In this document: one piece after another, positions 36,997 to 47,500 of the stretch
Layout: each line of letters starts with the position of its first letter
How positions within the stretch are numbered: the first letter of the stretch is position 1
Virus record (IMG/VR): IMGVR_UViG_3300036770_008730
DNA from: a virus
Taxonomy: Duplodnaviria; Caudoviricetes
Reading direction: 5' to 3' (one strand)
DNA length: 64,000 bases
Notes under the pieces: generated by a model
Database searches by the model: none
Told to the model about the DNA's origin: nothing
Seen by the model: only the letters and a program-made list of their open reading frames with translations
Made by a program: the position numbers and the translations under genes

Positions 36997-37623
36997 ATGT
37001 CAAAAACAGAGAATGAAAGAAATAGACTTCAAGATGAATTTGAACAAATACAATCACAGAGTAATGATTTTGATATATCTAAACATCTTGCTAAGCCTGA
37101 GGATTTACCTGAATTAGGAGAAATTCAGATTTATGACTATGAGTCAGATATGGATGTTTCTGGTCAGCAATCACTTGATGTATTGGAGTCACTTGTTGAT
37201 TTATATTTAAGTGATGTTCCTCAATTAAAAGAACATCCGTATATCAAAAATAAAATGAAGGAGGATGCTCAAGTTTATGCTGAGGCTATTTTTCTTACAA
37301 AGATGACAAGAAAGAACTTTTTGAATCAATTAAAACAAGTTGATAATGGTGATAACTCTGCTAGAATGCACGAAGTCGTTAATCAAACAATTGGTCAAAT
37401 TAGAGAAAATGCAAAGTTTCTTTCTAATCAAAGGACGGATTTAGAGAAGTTTTATAAAACACTCAGAAGTGATATGGGTCTTAACAACATTGAGAATCCT
37501 GAGGTAATAAAGGCACAGGCTGCTACTCAAGTGGAGTCTAATCAAGAGGGTGATATAATGAATAATAGACAACTTAATGATTTAATCAAAAATGCTATGA
37601 TTAATAGAGATAGTAATAAGTGA
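36997..37623 (+). CDS. Probable terminase small subunit (gp16-like)
   Basis: NSARMHEVV resembles the gp16 PRAYEV motif; helical; divergent from the large subunit; late motif at 36969. Confidence 0.45.
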   Translation: MSKTENERNRLQDEFEQIQSQSNDFDISKHLAKPEDLPELGEIQIYDYESDMDVSGQQSLDVLESLVDLYLSDVPQLKEHPYIKNKMKEDAQVYAEAIFLTKMTRKNFLNQLKQVDNGDNSARMHEVVNQTIGQIRENAKFLSNQRTDLEKFYKTLRSDMGLNNIENPEVIKAQAATQVESNQEGDIMNNRQLNDLIKNAMINRDSNK

Positions 37624-37625
37624 GT

Positions 37626-38483
37626 TTAATATTTAAATCTTGACCAAGAAAACGATTCAAATGTTTTGAAGAGATTGGGTAACTTTATATAAGTCGTAGT
37701 TTTTACAAATCTATTCAATTTATTTGGAGTTATAAGATTCACATATAATATTTTCTCTGTTTTCTTCAATTTATCTTTAATTTGTTCCATAATTTCTTTT
37801 TCGGTATTCGATAAGATAAATTGCAATATTTCTGTTGACTTTTTTGCCATTTCAACCGTATTTACTTCATCTTCGTAAAAGTTTATCTCATCATATTCTG
37901 TTAGTTCTTGATTAGTAAATTTATTAATATCGGTTTTAAATCCAACTATATGTTGAATCAAAAGTCTAATTTTTTTATGAGAAATTTCATCTTCATCACG
38001 ATTATAGAAAGTTTCAGAAATAAAATAGTATTTTTTAATTTTTAACCCATTCTCTTCTAATTTAGACTCTAACTTTTCTATGAAATATTCATAGTTATTT
38101 TTATTGTTTTTAGAACATATGATATAGATATCGTCAGTTGTGTTTTTTAGATGAATAATGTTATCTAAATTAATTTTATGGTCTAAATTTTCTATTAATT
38201 CTTTATTGAAGAACTCTTGCATTGAAAAGGATAAATTTGATATGTTTGTTTTAGAATTTTTACATTTTATTTTAATATCATTCATCAAATATTCTGGTAG
38301 AAAATACTCTTCTCCTGAAAATTTTATTTTGAATCCATTATTTCTAAAAATACCTTTTTTAATCAAATTAAAATCCGATTTAGTTATTTTGATAATTGGT
38401 ACATTAGGATACATCTTGTCCACCAACCAAACTTTAGATTCTGTTTTAATAAGTGTATCTATGTCAAAGAAATGAGACTTCAT
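37626..38483 (-). CDS. Hypothetical protein, possible HAD-like fold
   Basis: N-terminal HFFDIDTL resembles HAD motif I; weak evidence. Confidence 0.4.
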   Translation of the reverse strand: MKSHFFDIDTLIKTESKVWLVDKMYPNVPIIKITKSDFNLIKKGIFRNNGFKIKFSGEEYFLPEYLMNDIKIKCKNSKTNISNLSFSMQEFFNKELIENLDHKINLDNIIHLKNTTDDIYIICSKNNKNNYEYFIEKLESKLEENGLKIKKYYFISETFYNRDEDEISHKKIRLLIQHIVGFKTDINKFTNQELTEYDEINFYEDEVNTVEMAKKSTEILQFILSNTEKEIMEQIKDKLKKTEKILYVNLITPNKLNRFVKTTTYIKLPNLFKTFESFSWSRFKY

Positions 38484-38764
38484 ATTCTGAAATTAGTTAC
38501 TTTATATTTTATTTGATGTGCTGTGCCGTCGAATCTTGGACCATCATAAACCTTATCTTTCCATTCTACACCACCGCTAAGTTGAGTATTAAAACTTTTA
38601 CACTTTGGACACTCACTGGGTATTTCCATACTTTGTTCCTTTCCAATAACTTTATTTTTACTATCAATCATTTCCTTTATAACGATCATATCCATTTCAC
38701 TATATTCAAATAAAGCTTTGCACCAAGGATTTTTACAAACAGTTTTTTTTGCCTCCATATACAC
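38480..38764 (-). CDS. Small zinc-ribbon protein
   Basis: CKNPWC..CPKC. Confidence 0.55.
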   Translation of the reverse strand: MYMEAKKTVCKNPWCKALFEYSEMDMIVIKEMIDSKNKVIGKEQSMEIPSECPKCKSFNTQLSGGVEWKDKVYDGPRFDGTAHQIKYKVTNFRI

Positions 38765-38776
38765 TATATATAAAAT

Positions 38777-38808
38777 AAAAAACCCATCGTTTGATGGGTT
38801 TCTTTTTT
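38777..38808. terminator. Intrinsic terminator
   Basis: AAAAAACCCATC-GTTT-GATGGGTTTCTTTTTT. Confidence 0.7.
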
Positions 38809-39262
38809 ATCCTAACATATTTTTACTTATTGCAAAATCATATAATGTCGGTAGATTTAAAAATCTCATAAATTTATCTCTTACGTCTTTTAATGTTTTT
38901 GATTTTTTTATAATATTCACTATTAACATGCCAAATTCTTCTTGAAAATCTAAATAATATTCACTCCATGGTTTATTATAGTGCTCTAAACTTTGCCATT
39001 CATCGTATCCTCCAGTTAACCAATATAAGGACTTCTCAGGTGAGATATCTTCCGTCACTATGTCCTTAATTTCCAAGTTCCAAATTTCAGAGTTCCAATC
39101 AATTTTCCTCATTAAGATTGATACTGCTTCTGCAATATCATTTGTAAGTTGATTTCCTATTTCAAAGAAATATTCTTCATTCTCTTTGCTTATGTTAATA
39201 AACTCACTTGAGTAAACTATCTTAGAACCTTTTGATTTGATTTCAACTTTTCTTTTTTTCAT
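38807..39262 (-). CDS. Hypothetical protein
   Basis: 151-aa ORF. Confidence 0.55.
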   Translation of the reverse strand: MKKRKVEIKSKGSKIVYSSEFINISKENEEYFFEIGNQLTNDIAEAVSILMRKIDWNSEIWNLEIKDIVTEDISPEKSLYWLTGGYDEWQSLEHYNKPWSEYYLDFQEEFGMLIVNIIKKSKTLKDVRDKFMRFLNLPTLYDFAISKNMLG

Positions 39263-39295
39263 GATTTCTATTGTTTTTTTTATATCTATACTAGA

Positions 39296-39580
39296 TTACA
39301 TTTTAATGCCACTTTGCCATTTTCCTGCGAAATTACCGTTTTCCCATATTCCATTTTTCCAATTGCCGTAAAATTTACCGTCTTTGAATATTCCATATTC
39401 CCAGTTACCTGAGAAAAAATCCCCGTTATTCCAAATAAGCGTGTTTTTTTCTATTTCGATGTCTGCATTTTCTAGCTCTGAATCTATGAGCCAGTAGAAC
39501 TTTAAATCCTTAAGAATCTGATTGATATCCTTTTGAGATTTATAGGTTTTATCCTTGTATTTTAGTTGAACAAATTTCAT
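39296..39580 (-). CDS. Small protein with W-x-x-G repeats
   Basis: WNNGDF.SGNWEYGIFKDGKFYGNWKNGIWENG; AATATATA upstream. Confidence 0.55.
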   Translation of the reverse strand: MKFVQLKYKDKTYKSQKDINQILKDLKFYWLIDSELENADIEIEKNTLIWNNGDFFSGNWEYGIFKDGKFYGNWKNGIWENGNFAGKWQSGIKM

Positions 39581-39691
39581 ATTATAAAATATGATTTAAT
39601 GTAGTATATATTCTTATTTTTTTTTAATTAAAAACTGACTTTAAAAAACCACCTAAAAAATGAATTAAAAAAATAAAAAATAATTTAAAAT

Positions 39692-39720
39692 AAAAAAACC
39701 GACTTTTTGGTCGGTTTTTT
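39692..39720 (-). terminator. Intrinsic terminator after the paralog pair
   Basis: AAAAAAACCGAC-TTTTTG-GTCGGTTTTTT. Confidence 0.8.
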
Positions 39721-39742
39721 ACATTTAGTGAAAAAATAGATT

Positions 39743-40174
39743 TTATTTGAAGTTTTTTAGAAAATTTAATTCATCTTTAGAAAGCGAATCTAAACCTGTT
39801 TCATTAATTTTATCAAGTATTTTATCGAGATCTAAAACTATTGAAACTACTTTTTTAGATTTATCTTTTGATTTCTTATCTTTACTTTTTGGAGTTTTAA
39901 TTGGTTTAATTTTCAAAAGTTTTTGAGCTTCTTTCTTTGTTATTGGACAATATTTTTCGCAGATATACATTTGTTCAGGTCTATCTTCATCTATTGCTGC
40001 AATAACCCAATCACCCGCTGATTCTACCCATATCTTTATTACTCCTTTATTTTTTAGTTCTAAAAGAGATTCTAATGAAAGAACATAGGAATCAGCTATG
40101 TTATTTAACTGTTGTTCATTGTGTGACTTGAGGTTTATACAAATCACCTTTTCGATGTTGAATTTGAGTGCCAT
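39743..40174 (-). CDS. Paralog B with C-terminal DUF6576-like motif
   Basis: LDLDKILDKINETGLDSLSKDELNFLK; clear paralog of 40178..40669. Confidence 0.6.
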   Translation of the reverse strand: MALKFNIEKVICINLKSHNEQQLNNIADSYVLSLESLLELKNKGVIKIWVESAGDWVIAAIDEDRPEQMYICEKYCPITKKEAQKLLKIKPIKTPKSKDKKSKDKSKKVVSIVLDLDKILDKINETGLDSLSKDELNFLKNFK

Positions 40175-40177
40175 ATA

Positions 40178-40669
40178 TTATTTATAATTTTTAAGAAAAT
40201 CTAATTCTTCTTTACATAAAGAAGACATACCTGATATATTTATTTTATCTAAAATTGCATCTAATTCAAGTATAACTTTTACTTTAGATTTGATAACTGG
40301 TTTAGTATCTGTCTTTACAATATCACTAGCATTTTTAACAACTTTTGGAATATTATTTTCAACGATCTTTTGAGTTGGTTTTTTCAACTTAGGTGTAGAA
40401 ACTGGTTTGATGTTTTTAACAGACTCTCTTTCTTTTTTAGTCATAGGACAAAATCTTTCACAGATATAAAAATCATCAGGATTTGAAGTCTCTAAGGCAG
40501 CTATGGCATAGTCACCACCTGGCTCAATCCATATTTTGTAAGTGCCTCTTTGTTTACTTCTAAGTAATGCATCATAAGAAAGACGATAAACTTCAGAGAT
40601 ACTTCTCAATTGGTCTTCGTTGTGAGATTTTAGATTGATACAGATAACTTTGTTTATGTTGAATTTCAT
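40178..40669 (-). CDS. Paralog A with C-terminal DUF6576-like motif
   Basis: LELDAILDKINISGMSSLCKEELDFLK; shares FNIxKVICINLKSHNE with paralog B. Confidence 0.6.
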   Translation of the reverse strand: MKFNINKVICINLKSHNEDQLRSISEVYRLSYDALLRSKQRGTYKIWIEPGGDYAIAALETSNPDDFYICERFCPMTKKERESVKNIKPVSTPKLKKPTQKIVENNIPKVVKNASDIVKTDTKPVIKSKVKVILELDAILDKINISGMSSLCKEELDFLKNYK

Positions 40670-40688
40670 ATGTTATTTATTTATAATA

Positions 40689-40718
40689 CAAATATAAGGA
40701 TTATTTCTGAATTATCAA
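40689..40718 (-). promoter_or_regulatory. Bacteroidota-type primary-sigma promoter (TTG-N19-TATATTTG)
   Basis: Minus strand: TTG at 40718-40716, 19-nt spacer, TATATTTG at 40696-40689; fits the published TTG-N19-TAnnTTTG consensus. Confidence 0.75.
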
Positions 40719-40825
40719 GTAATTATTTTTATTTTATTATTTATCACATGTAAATATACAAAAAATTTATAAAATTACGGGGATTTCAATTTAATATATA
40801 CAAAAAATAAAATGCTTTCTAGTCT

Positions 40826-43800
40826 ATGAAGTATGTAAAGAAGAGAGATAGTTTCCTAACGGGAATAAAAGAATATAAAGAAACCGACAGTTATAAAAAC
40901 TTAGAACTAATACAGGAAGACGGTGGTCCCCTCCATAATGCTGTTGAATTTGGAGATTCTTGGGTGGGTAGATGGATCCATAATATAATGAGAGCTGCTA
41001 AAGAAAAAGTAGACAAAATGAGAATCGCTGGTCAAATCAGAAGGTTAAAAATGGCATTAGATGACATAATTCAGAATGATGAGGCTGTTAAAATGGAGAT
41101 TATAAAAGTAAGTAAAAAGGATCCTGGTCAAGAGACAACAGATCCTCTTAAAGGAGATGACCTACACGATAAGTTTCTAAAACTTCAATTGCATGTTTTT
41201 TTAGATGAATTAAATGCAGCTGTCGAGAAGGGACACAAAGTGAGTATTATAAAATCTCTTACTGATAATGCTATAGAAGAAGTAGAGAAAACTCCTGAGT
41301 TTGAGGGAAAGAAAGAATTATTGGAACAACTTAAAAAATTCAAAGAGTTCTTAAAAGACTTTGATGATGATGAGGGTAAAGAAGATCCTGACTTCAAACA
41401 AGAAAAGGGAGAAGGAGACGATGATGAAGAGGGAGATGAAGAAGATGAAGAAAAAGAAAGTGGAGATAATGAAGCTAAAAAGCTCTTCACTATGATAGAA
41501 TCTTTGAAGTATTTAGCTCTTATAATAGAAACATACAAAAGAGTTAAGATTGAGAGTAAGGCTACTCAAAAGGAAGTTTATACTTACATAACTAAACCTG
41601 GTGATACAGTTGAAAAGATTCAAAAAAGTCAAGAAATTAATAAAAAGAAATTACAAATAGCAGATATTCGTAGCAAAAATGAAAAGACACTAAAAAAATA
41701 TGCTAAAGATAATCAAACTTTGGCTCCTAACTTGAAATTAGTTATGGAAAATGTAGAAGTTCTTTTCGAGGATGAAGACTGTTTTTATATTTTGAATGGT
41801 GAAGATTATATAATTTTAGAAAAAGAAACATTCGGAACTGGTGGAAGCGCTGATAGACAAACTATCAAAACTTCTAATCAGAAAGGTGAGCCATTAAAAC
41901 AAGGAGAAGACCATTTGACTCAAGCTTTTGCTAAACTTAAAAAAGATATCGAAGTTTTAGAATCTGATAAAGAAAAGGGAATAGGTATAACTCCTAAGTT
42001 TATTAATGATATAGTGGCTGTTTATAAAGAGACTGAAAATAGAACTATAATTCGATCATTATATTCTGAAATCAATAGGTATTTAGTAGGTGATAAAAAA
42101 GCTACTATACAGGAAAAAGATCCGCTTTACAAAGAAAGTATTGAAGTAATTAAAAACCTACCTAAAAGAGTAGTTGTTGCTGAGAAAATAGCAAGATTTA
42201 CAAAAAGAGCTATTCAGTTTGATGGTGAGAATCTTTATGGGGGTCTTGGTGATTTAGGTAAAAATCTCAAAGGATACGTTGAGTCTATGAAAAAAATTAT
42301 GACTTATAAAATTGGTGAATCTAAAGAAAAGGGAGAAACTAAGTTTAAAGTTGGTGATTTAGTTACTTGGACTAATAAAGAAGGTAAAACAATCACTAAG
42401 AAAATTGAAAAAATTGAAAATGGTAAATATGTCTTTAAAAAAGAAAGTGGTGAAGAATATACCAAAAAAGAGGACACTTTGAAAAAGGCAGAGCCTAAAA
42501 AAGAAGAGGAACCTAAAAAAGAAGAAGAAGCAAAGAAAGAATCAAGACTATTAAGATATGACAACTATTATAGACTTATAACAGAGGCTGACGATAAAGA
42601 GGGAGTTCTTTCTGAAGTTAGTAGAAAGATTTTAGAGTTTTGGAGAGCAAACGTAGAAGTAAAAGCATATATTTTAAATAAAGAAGAGTTTGAAAAACTA
42701 TTAAAAGAATTAGAAGATGCTGAACTTAATCAAGAGGTAGAGATGCCGGTTTCCGAGGGTGATCCTAAGGCTGACAAATTGCCTGAACCTAAGAAAAAGA
42801 AAGTCAAGTTAGACGGTCTTGCATTTACTATCGATCCAGTTCTTCGTATTGTGAAGGCATTCAACAAAGCTTATAAATTACATACTACAGAAGTTATTCC
42901 TTCTGGTAGAACAAGTGGTGCGGTGTCTAATAGAATCTTTAGACAGTATACCTCTCTCGGTAGTGGTAGTCCAGATAGTGCTGGTAAATCTGGTGGTCCT
43001 TATAGAAATAATGCTGTATTTAATAAGTGGGAAGAAGCTGTATTGGATGTAATGGGTGAGAGTAAATATCAAAAGATTTTTTCACCATCTACCGTTCTAT
43101 TGAGAGGAGAAGATTTAGTGGAAAAGGCTGGTGCTAACTTAAGATTATTCATGTCAGATCTTTTGGATGGCGATAAACTTTATAAAGGAAGTGGTAGTTC
43201 TGGTGAAAAAGGAGCTCAATCTCAATTTTTAGATAAGTATTTTGGTTGGAAAGGAGATGATAAGGTTCTTTATGATGGTGGATCGAATGAGCAAAAAGAA
43301 ACAGGTGCTGTAGCGACAGAAGTTGATAAAAAGACCAATGAACAAATTGTGTCATTTACAAAAGATGATATCAAATTTACACAAGTTTCTGAGTTAGTTG
43401 GTACTATGTTCAAATTAGAAGATGCTGATGGTGATAAGTCTTATTATTTCTATATACACGAGGTATCTGGTGATTATTTCTATGTGACTTATACTAGAGG
43501 TTATAAATTCTATCATGATTTGATTCATAAAGAAGGTAAATATGGATTTCCAGATCTTTCTAAAATAAAAGGTGATGGTAAAACACCTAATGATAGCTAC
43601 AGTTCGGGTGATGGTGAGTGGGTTATTAGAGCAACAAAGATTGCGACTAGAAATTTTGATACTAAGACTGGAAAATTGAAACCAGCGACTTATGAGTCTG
43701 TTTATATTAGAAAGAAGGATAAAAAGCCTTTTACAAATAAGCAGGATGAAGTTGAAAAGTCATCGGAAAAAGACAAATTAACAGCAAAGGCGGGTAAAAT

Positions 43801-43954
43801 ATTTATATTGTCAGTTAAAAAGGATAAAGATGATAAAGAACCTAAGTTTGCTACTATTGAGAAAAAAGATAATCTTAAGGAAAAAGGTATATTCCCCGCT
43901 ATAAAGAACACTAAAGGTATTGGTGATAGCGATGTGATTTTCAAAATTCAATAA
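40826..43954 (+). CDS. Large charged protein (1042 aa) with LysM-like and KOW/SH3-like modules; probable internal virion protein
   Basis: YTYITKPGDTVEKI (LysM-like), KFKVGDLVTW (KOW-like); late motif at 40793. Confidence 0.55.
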   Translation: MKYVKKRDSFLTGIKEYKETDSYKNLELIQEDGGPLHNAVEFGDSWVGRWIHNIMRAAKEKVDKMRIAGQIRRLKMALDDIIQNDEAVKMEIIKVSKKDPGQETTDPLKGDDLHDKFLKLQLHVFLDELNAAVEKGHKVSIIKSLTDNAIEEVEKTPEFEGKKELLEQLKKFKEFLKDFDDDEGKEDPDFKQEKGEGDDDEEGDEEDEEKESGDNEAKKLFTMIESLKYLALIIETYKRVKIESKATQKEVYTYITKPGDTVEKIQKSQEINKKKLQIADIRSKNEKTLKKYAKDNQTLAPNLKLVMENVEVLFEDEDCFYILNGEDYIILEKETFGTGGSADRQTIKTSNQKGEPLKQGEDHLTQAFAKLKKDIEVLESDKEKGIGITPKFINDIVAVYKETENRTIIRSLYSEINRYLVGDKKATIQEKDPLYKESIEVIKNLPKRVVVAEKIARFTKRAIQFDGENLYGGLGDLGKNLKGYVESMKKIMTYKIGESKEKGETKFKVGDLVTWTNKEGKTITKKIEKIENGKYVFKKESGEEYTKKEDTLKKAEPKKEEEPKKEEEAKKESRLLRYDNYYRLITEADDKEGVLSEVSRKILEFWRANVEVKAYILNKEEFEKLLKELEDAELNQEVEMPVSEGDPKADKLPEPKKKKVKLDGLAFTIDPVLRIVKAFNKAYKLHTTEVIPSGRTSGAVSNRIFRQYTSLGSGSPDSAGKSGGPYRNNAVFNKWEEAVLDVMGESKYQKIFSPSTVLLRGEDLVEKAGANLRLFMSDLLDGDKLYKGSGSSGEKGAQSQFLDKYFGWKGDDKVLYDGGSNEQKETGAVATEVDKKTNEQIVSFTKDDIKFTQVSELVGTMFKLEDADGDKSYYFYIHEVSGDYFYVTYTRGYKFYHDLIHKEGKYGFPDLSKIKGDGKTPNDSYSSGDGEWVIRATKIATRNFDTKTGKLKPATYESVYIRKKDKKPFTNKQDEVEKSSEKDKLTAKAGKIFILSVKKDKDDKEPKFATIEKKDNLKEKGIFPAIKNTKGIGDSDVIFKIQ

Positions 43955-43955
43955 T

Positions 43956-44510
43956 ATGAAACATTTACTAACTTTTGGTCTTTTTTTAGAAAAGGTGGAT
44001 ATTAAAGATACTGATCCAGCTCATATTAGACTTGCTAAAGACAAATTAAATTCAACTGAAGATTATTTGACTCAATACCCTAATTTAAAGGCAAAGATAG
44101 ATAGTATCTATAAAGCTAATAAAGATAAACCTGAGTCAGAGGTTTATAAACAAGTTTTGGATTCTTTGGGTAAAGATGCTAAGTTAAGAAATCCCTTCGC
44201 TGTAACTTATGCTGAAGTAGCAAAATTAGAAATAGAAATTAAAAAAATGACAGATAGTATTTTAGTTGATGATACTGGAATGAAATTATCTTCTCAAAAT
44301 CTTTCATTGGCAACTTCTGAAGATACTAAGAAAAAAATGCAAACAGATTTGATTCAAATGAAGAAAAATCTTGATACAAAAAAGAAAAAACTCGAAGATA
44401 GTTTAAAACAAGTAGATAAGTCAAAGCAGCAAGTAAATACTGAAATCACGAAAACACAGAAAGAAATTGCTGAGGCTTCTAAAAAATTAGCCGAAAAGGA
44501 GAAAAAATAG
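43956..44510 (+). CDS. Coiled-coil protein with capsid-targeting-like N-terminus
   Basis: MKHLLTFGLFLEK start; C-terminal heptads. Confidence 0.55.
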   Translation: MKHLLTFGLFLEKVDIKDTDPAHIRLAKDKLNSTEDYLTQYPNLKAKIDSIYKANKDKPESEVYKQVLDSLGKDAKLRNPFAVTYAEVAKLEIEIKKMTDSILVDDTGMKLSSQNLSLATSEDTKKKMQTDLIQMKKNLDTKKKKLEDSLKQVDKSKQQVNTEITKTQKEIAEASKKLAEKEKK

Positions 44511-44571
44511 AAAAAATATGATTTTTTAGATTTTATATATACTTCATAACATAAAAAATTAAAACAAAAAT

Positions 44572-47500
44572 ATGGCAATTCAAATTGGAAAATACAAAAG
44601 ACCAGGAATCTTCATAGAAGAATTTGACAATTCAGTTATCTCTTCTCCTATTGTAGAAGGAATAACTAACATGGTTATCGGGGTTTCTAAAAAGGGTCCT
44701 GTTAATACTCCTATTAGATTGACTACAACCGGAGATTTAGAAGCGGTTTTTGGTCAACTTGACAGAGGGCTAGAAAGAAAAGGTTCTTATTTCCACAGAA
44801 CTATTACTAAGATGTTGGAAACAAGTCCTATATTTGCTATCAATCTTTTATTAACAGATGATACATTAGATGTGATTGAGTATAAATCTCTTTCATCATC
44901 TTCTGGATATATGAATGATATAAAAAGAGAAGGTCCTTATAGAAGATTTTTTGATACAACTGGTTTCTGGAAGAGAGACACTGAGTCTTTTATCAATTTA
45001 ACAAAAAACAACACTGGTTATACAGAGAGAGCATTCAATATAACAAATTTATCTGATAAGACTATTTCAGTTTTTATTATCAAGTCTCCTATTTCTGGTT
45101 TTGATAGAACGTTAATTGAATGGTATGGAACTATTGATAAAATGCCTCCTTATGTTAATCAAAATGATTTTGCATCTGACTATTTAGTAGATGTGGTTGT
45201 TGTTGGTGGTGACTGGTCAAACTACCAAGAGCTAGCTGTTGATAACAGATGGAGTGCTTACTTCAACGCTTCTGGTTTGAGAAAAGACCAATTAAGAAAT
45301 TTTGCCAATGATAGAAATGTTTCGCTTTTAGCTTATTATGAAGGTCTTTCTTTAATTCCTTATTTCAGAGATGGAAATGGAAGAAATATATTTATTGAGA
45401 CTACAATTAATAGAGATACTGATAGAACTGGATTATTCTGTTCATTTAACACAGATTTAGTTGAAAAAGACTACTATACTGGTATGTTAGATTTACTTGG
45501 TAATACTATTGTTGATCAATCTGAAACTGATATAGATTTTCTTTCTTACAAAGAAACAATCGCTGAGTCAGTTATGTTTGAGGCTGTTCCTCTAGATTTA
45601 CCAGGTAATGTTACTGCTATGTTAAGTAGTGCAACATTTGGATATAATGGTGGTTATTCCTCACCAACAGGTCACGCTTTTGAATCAGCTCTTAGTAATC
45701 CACAAACATCTGGTGTATTAGTAAATGAGAATAATAGAACACCTTGGTTCGCTGAGGGTTATGTTCATAATGTTGAAAGAGCTTCTTCTGTGGCTTCTTC
45801 AACCTCTTCTATAACTGTTACTTATAATGTTTCAGCAGAAGCTTATTGTGTTATAGGTGATACATATATACCTGTTTCAGCGACAACTTCTCTAACAATT
45901 GATTCATTAGACTATCCTGTTTCTGCTTCAACTCAGGTTTATTTCTCAGCATTTGTTTTAGATGCATCTGGAGAAATTAGTGAAGTAAAAACAACAACTG
46001 CAAATACAAGACCAACTGTTGATCCAAGTGATATCGTTTTAGGATATGCTACATTTTCAGTTGCATCTGGTCAATTTGTAGGTAGTCCTTTTGTTAAAAA
46101 TGTTAGTGTTAATACAAGTGGATTTAATGATTTCGTATTTGGAACAAATTCTGCAACTGATGATTTCTTTGTTACAAATTTAGGTAGTGGTTCTATTAAA
46201 ATTGAATTTATTGGAACAAGTGCAAAAGCTTCTACCGCTAATTATGAGCAATATAGAAGAATTAAACAATTCAATAGAATGATTGATCTTATTGATAGTC
46301 CAAATAAAAATAAAATGAGTCTTTTATTAGGTCCTTCTTCTGGATATAGAAAGGTTAGTATGAGTACAATGACTATTTCAAATATCGTTACATCAAATGT
46401 TCTTAATAAATCCTTTACTATTAATACAGGACTTACTACAGCTGAGTTAGTTGATGTTCTACAGGGTTATCTTGTTTTCTATACAGAGGATAATGAAATG
46501 CTAATTGGTTCTTTAGGTATGGATACAACTGAACAAGTTCATGGTGGAACTTATGGTGTTGTTGGTAAGTATTCTAAATTTTATGGAAGATTTTTTGATG
46601 GTATTATTAGCACAAAAGATTTCTTTTATGATAATAGATTATATGTTTATTCAGATGGGGATGCTAATACAATAGCAACTCTTGGTAAATCAGTTAACAT
46701 TACATTTGTTGATGGTGAGACTGTAACAAGTGCTACATCTTCTTACGCTGGTTATGATTACATTGTATTCGAGTATGATTCTAGTAATTTTGATACACAA
46801 ATAGAGTTAGAAACATTTGAACAACTTGTATTTCCGGATTCAGATTTGAATAAAGGTTCTTTTACAATAGTGACAAATACTGTTGAGCCTTTAGATTCTC
46901 CTTCGGCATTAGCTTCTAACTTGGGATTCGTTAATACTGCTACTCAGTTTTATTTCGCTTACCAAGTAAATGAAGAGGTAAACTATGAATATTTAACAGA
47001 AGTAACTACTGTTCAAGATTACTTAACTAAACATTACTTAAAAATGTATTTAGAGAATAATGGTGATTTGAATGTTAGATTTACAGATGTTTTATTAGAA
47101 TCAGATGAACCAGCAGACTTTGTTGCAAATGCTAAGTTTATGGTACAATCTGAAAAGAGTAATCTTAAACAAACAATCGAAGTTGAACTTCCATCTGGAT
47201 ATACTAGAGTTCCTAACAAAGTTTTGATAAATGGTACTCGTTATACTGAAGTAAAAGTAGGTGACTTCTTAGAAGCTTATGTTGATACAACATTACTTCA
47301 ACCAGGAGAAGCTCCTAGAAAACTTACAAGAATTTTAAGTAAGAGACAATATGCGGGTGACCCAACTCTTACAGAAGTTACTTGTGATGCTAGAATTAAC
47401 ACTTATAGTTTTGATGGTGATTTACAAACTACTAGATTTGTATCAGTTGATCAATATGCTACTACTTATAAAGCAATATCACTTAAAGGATTTAGAATTA

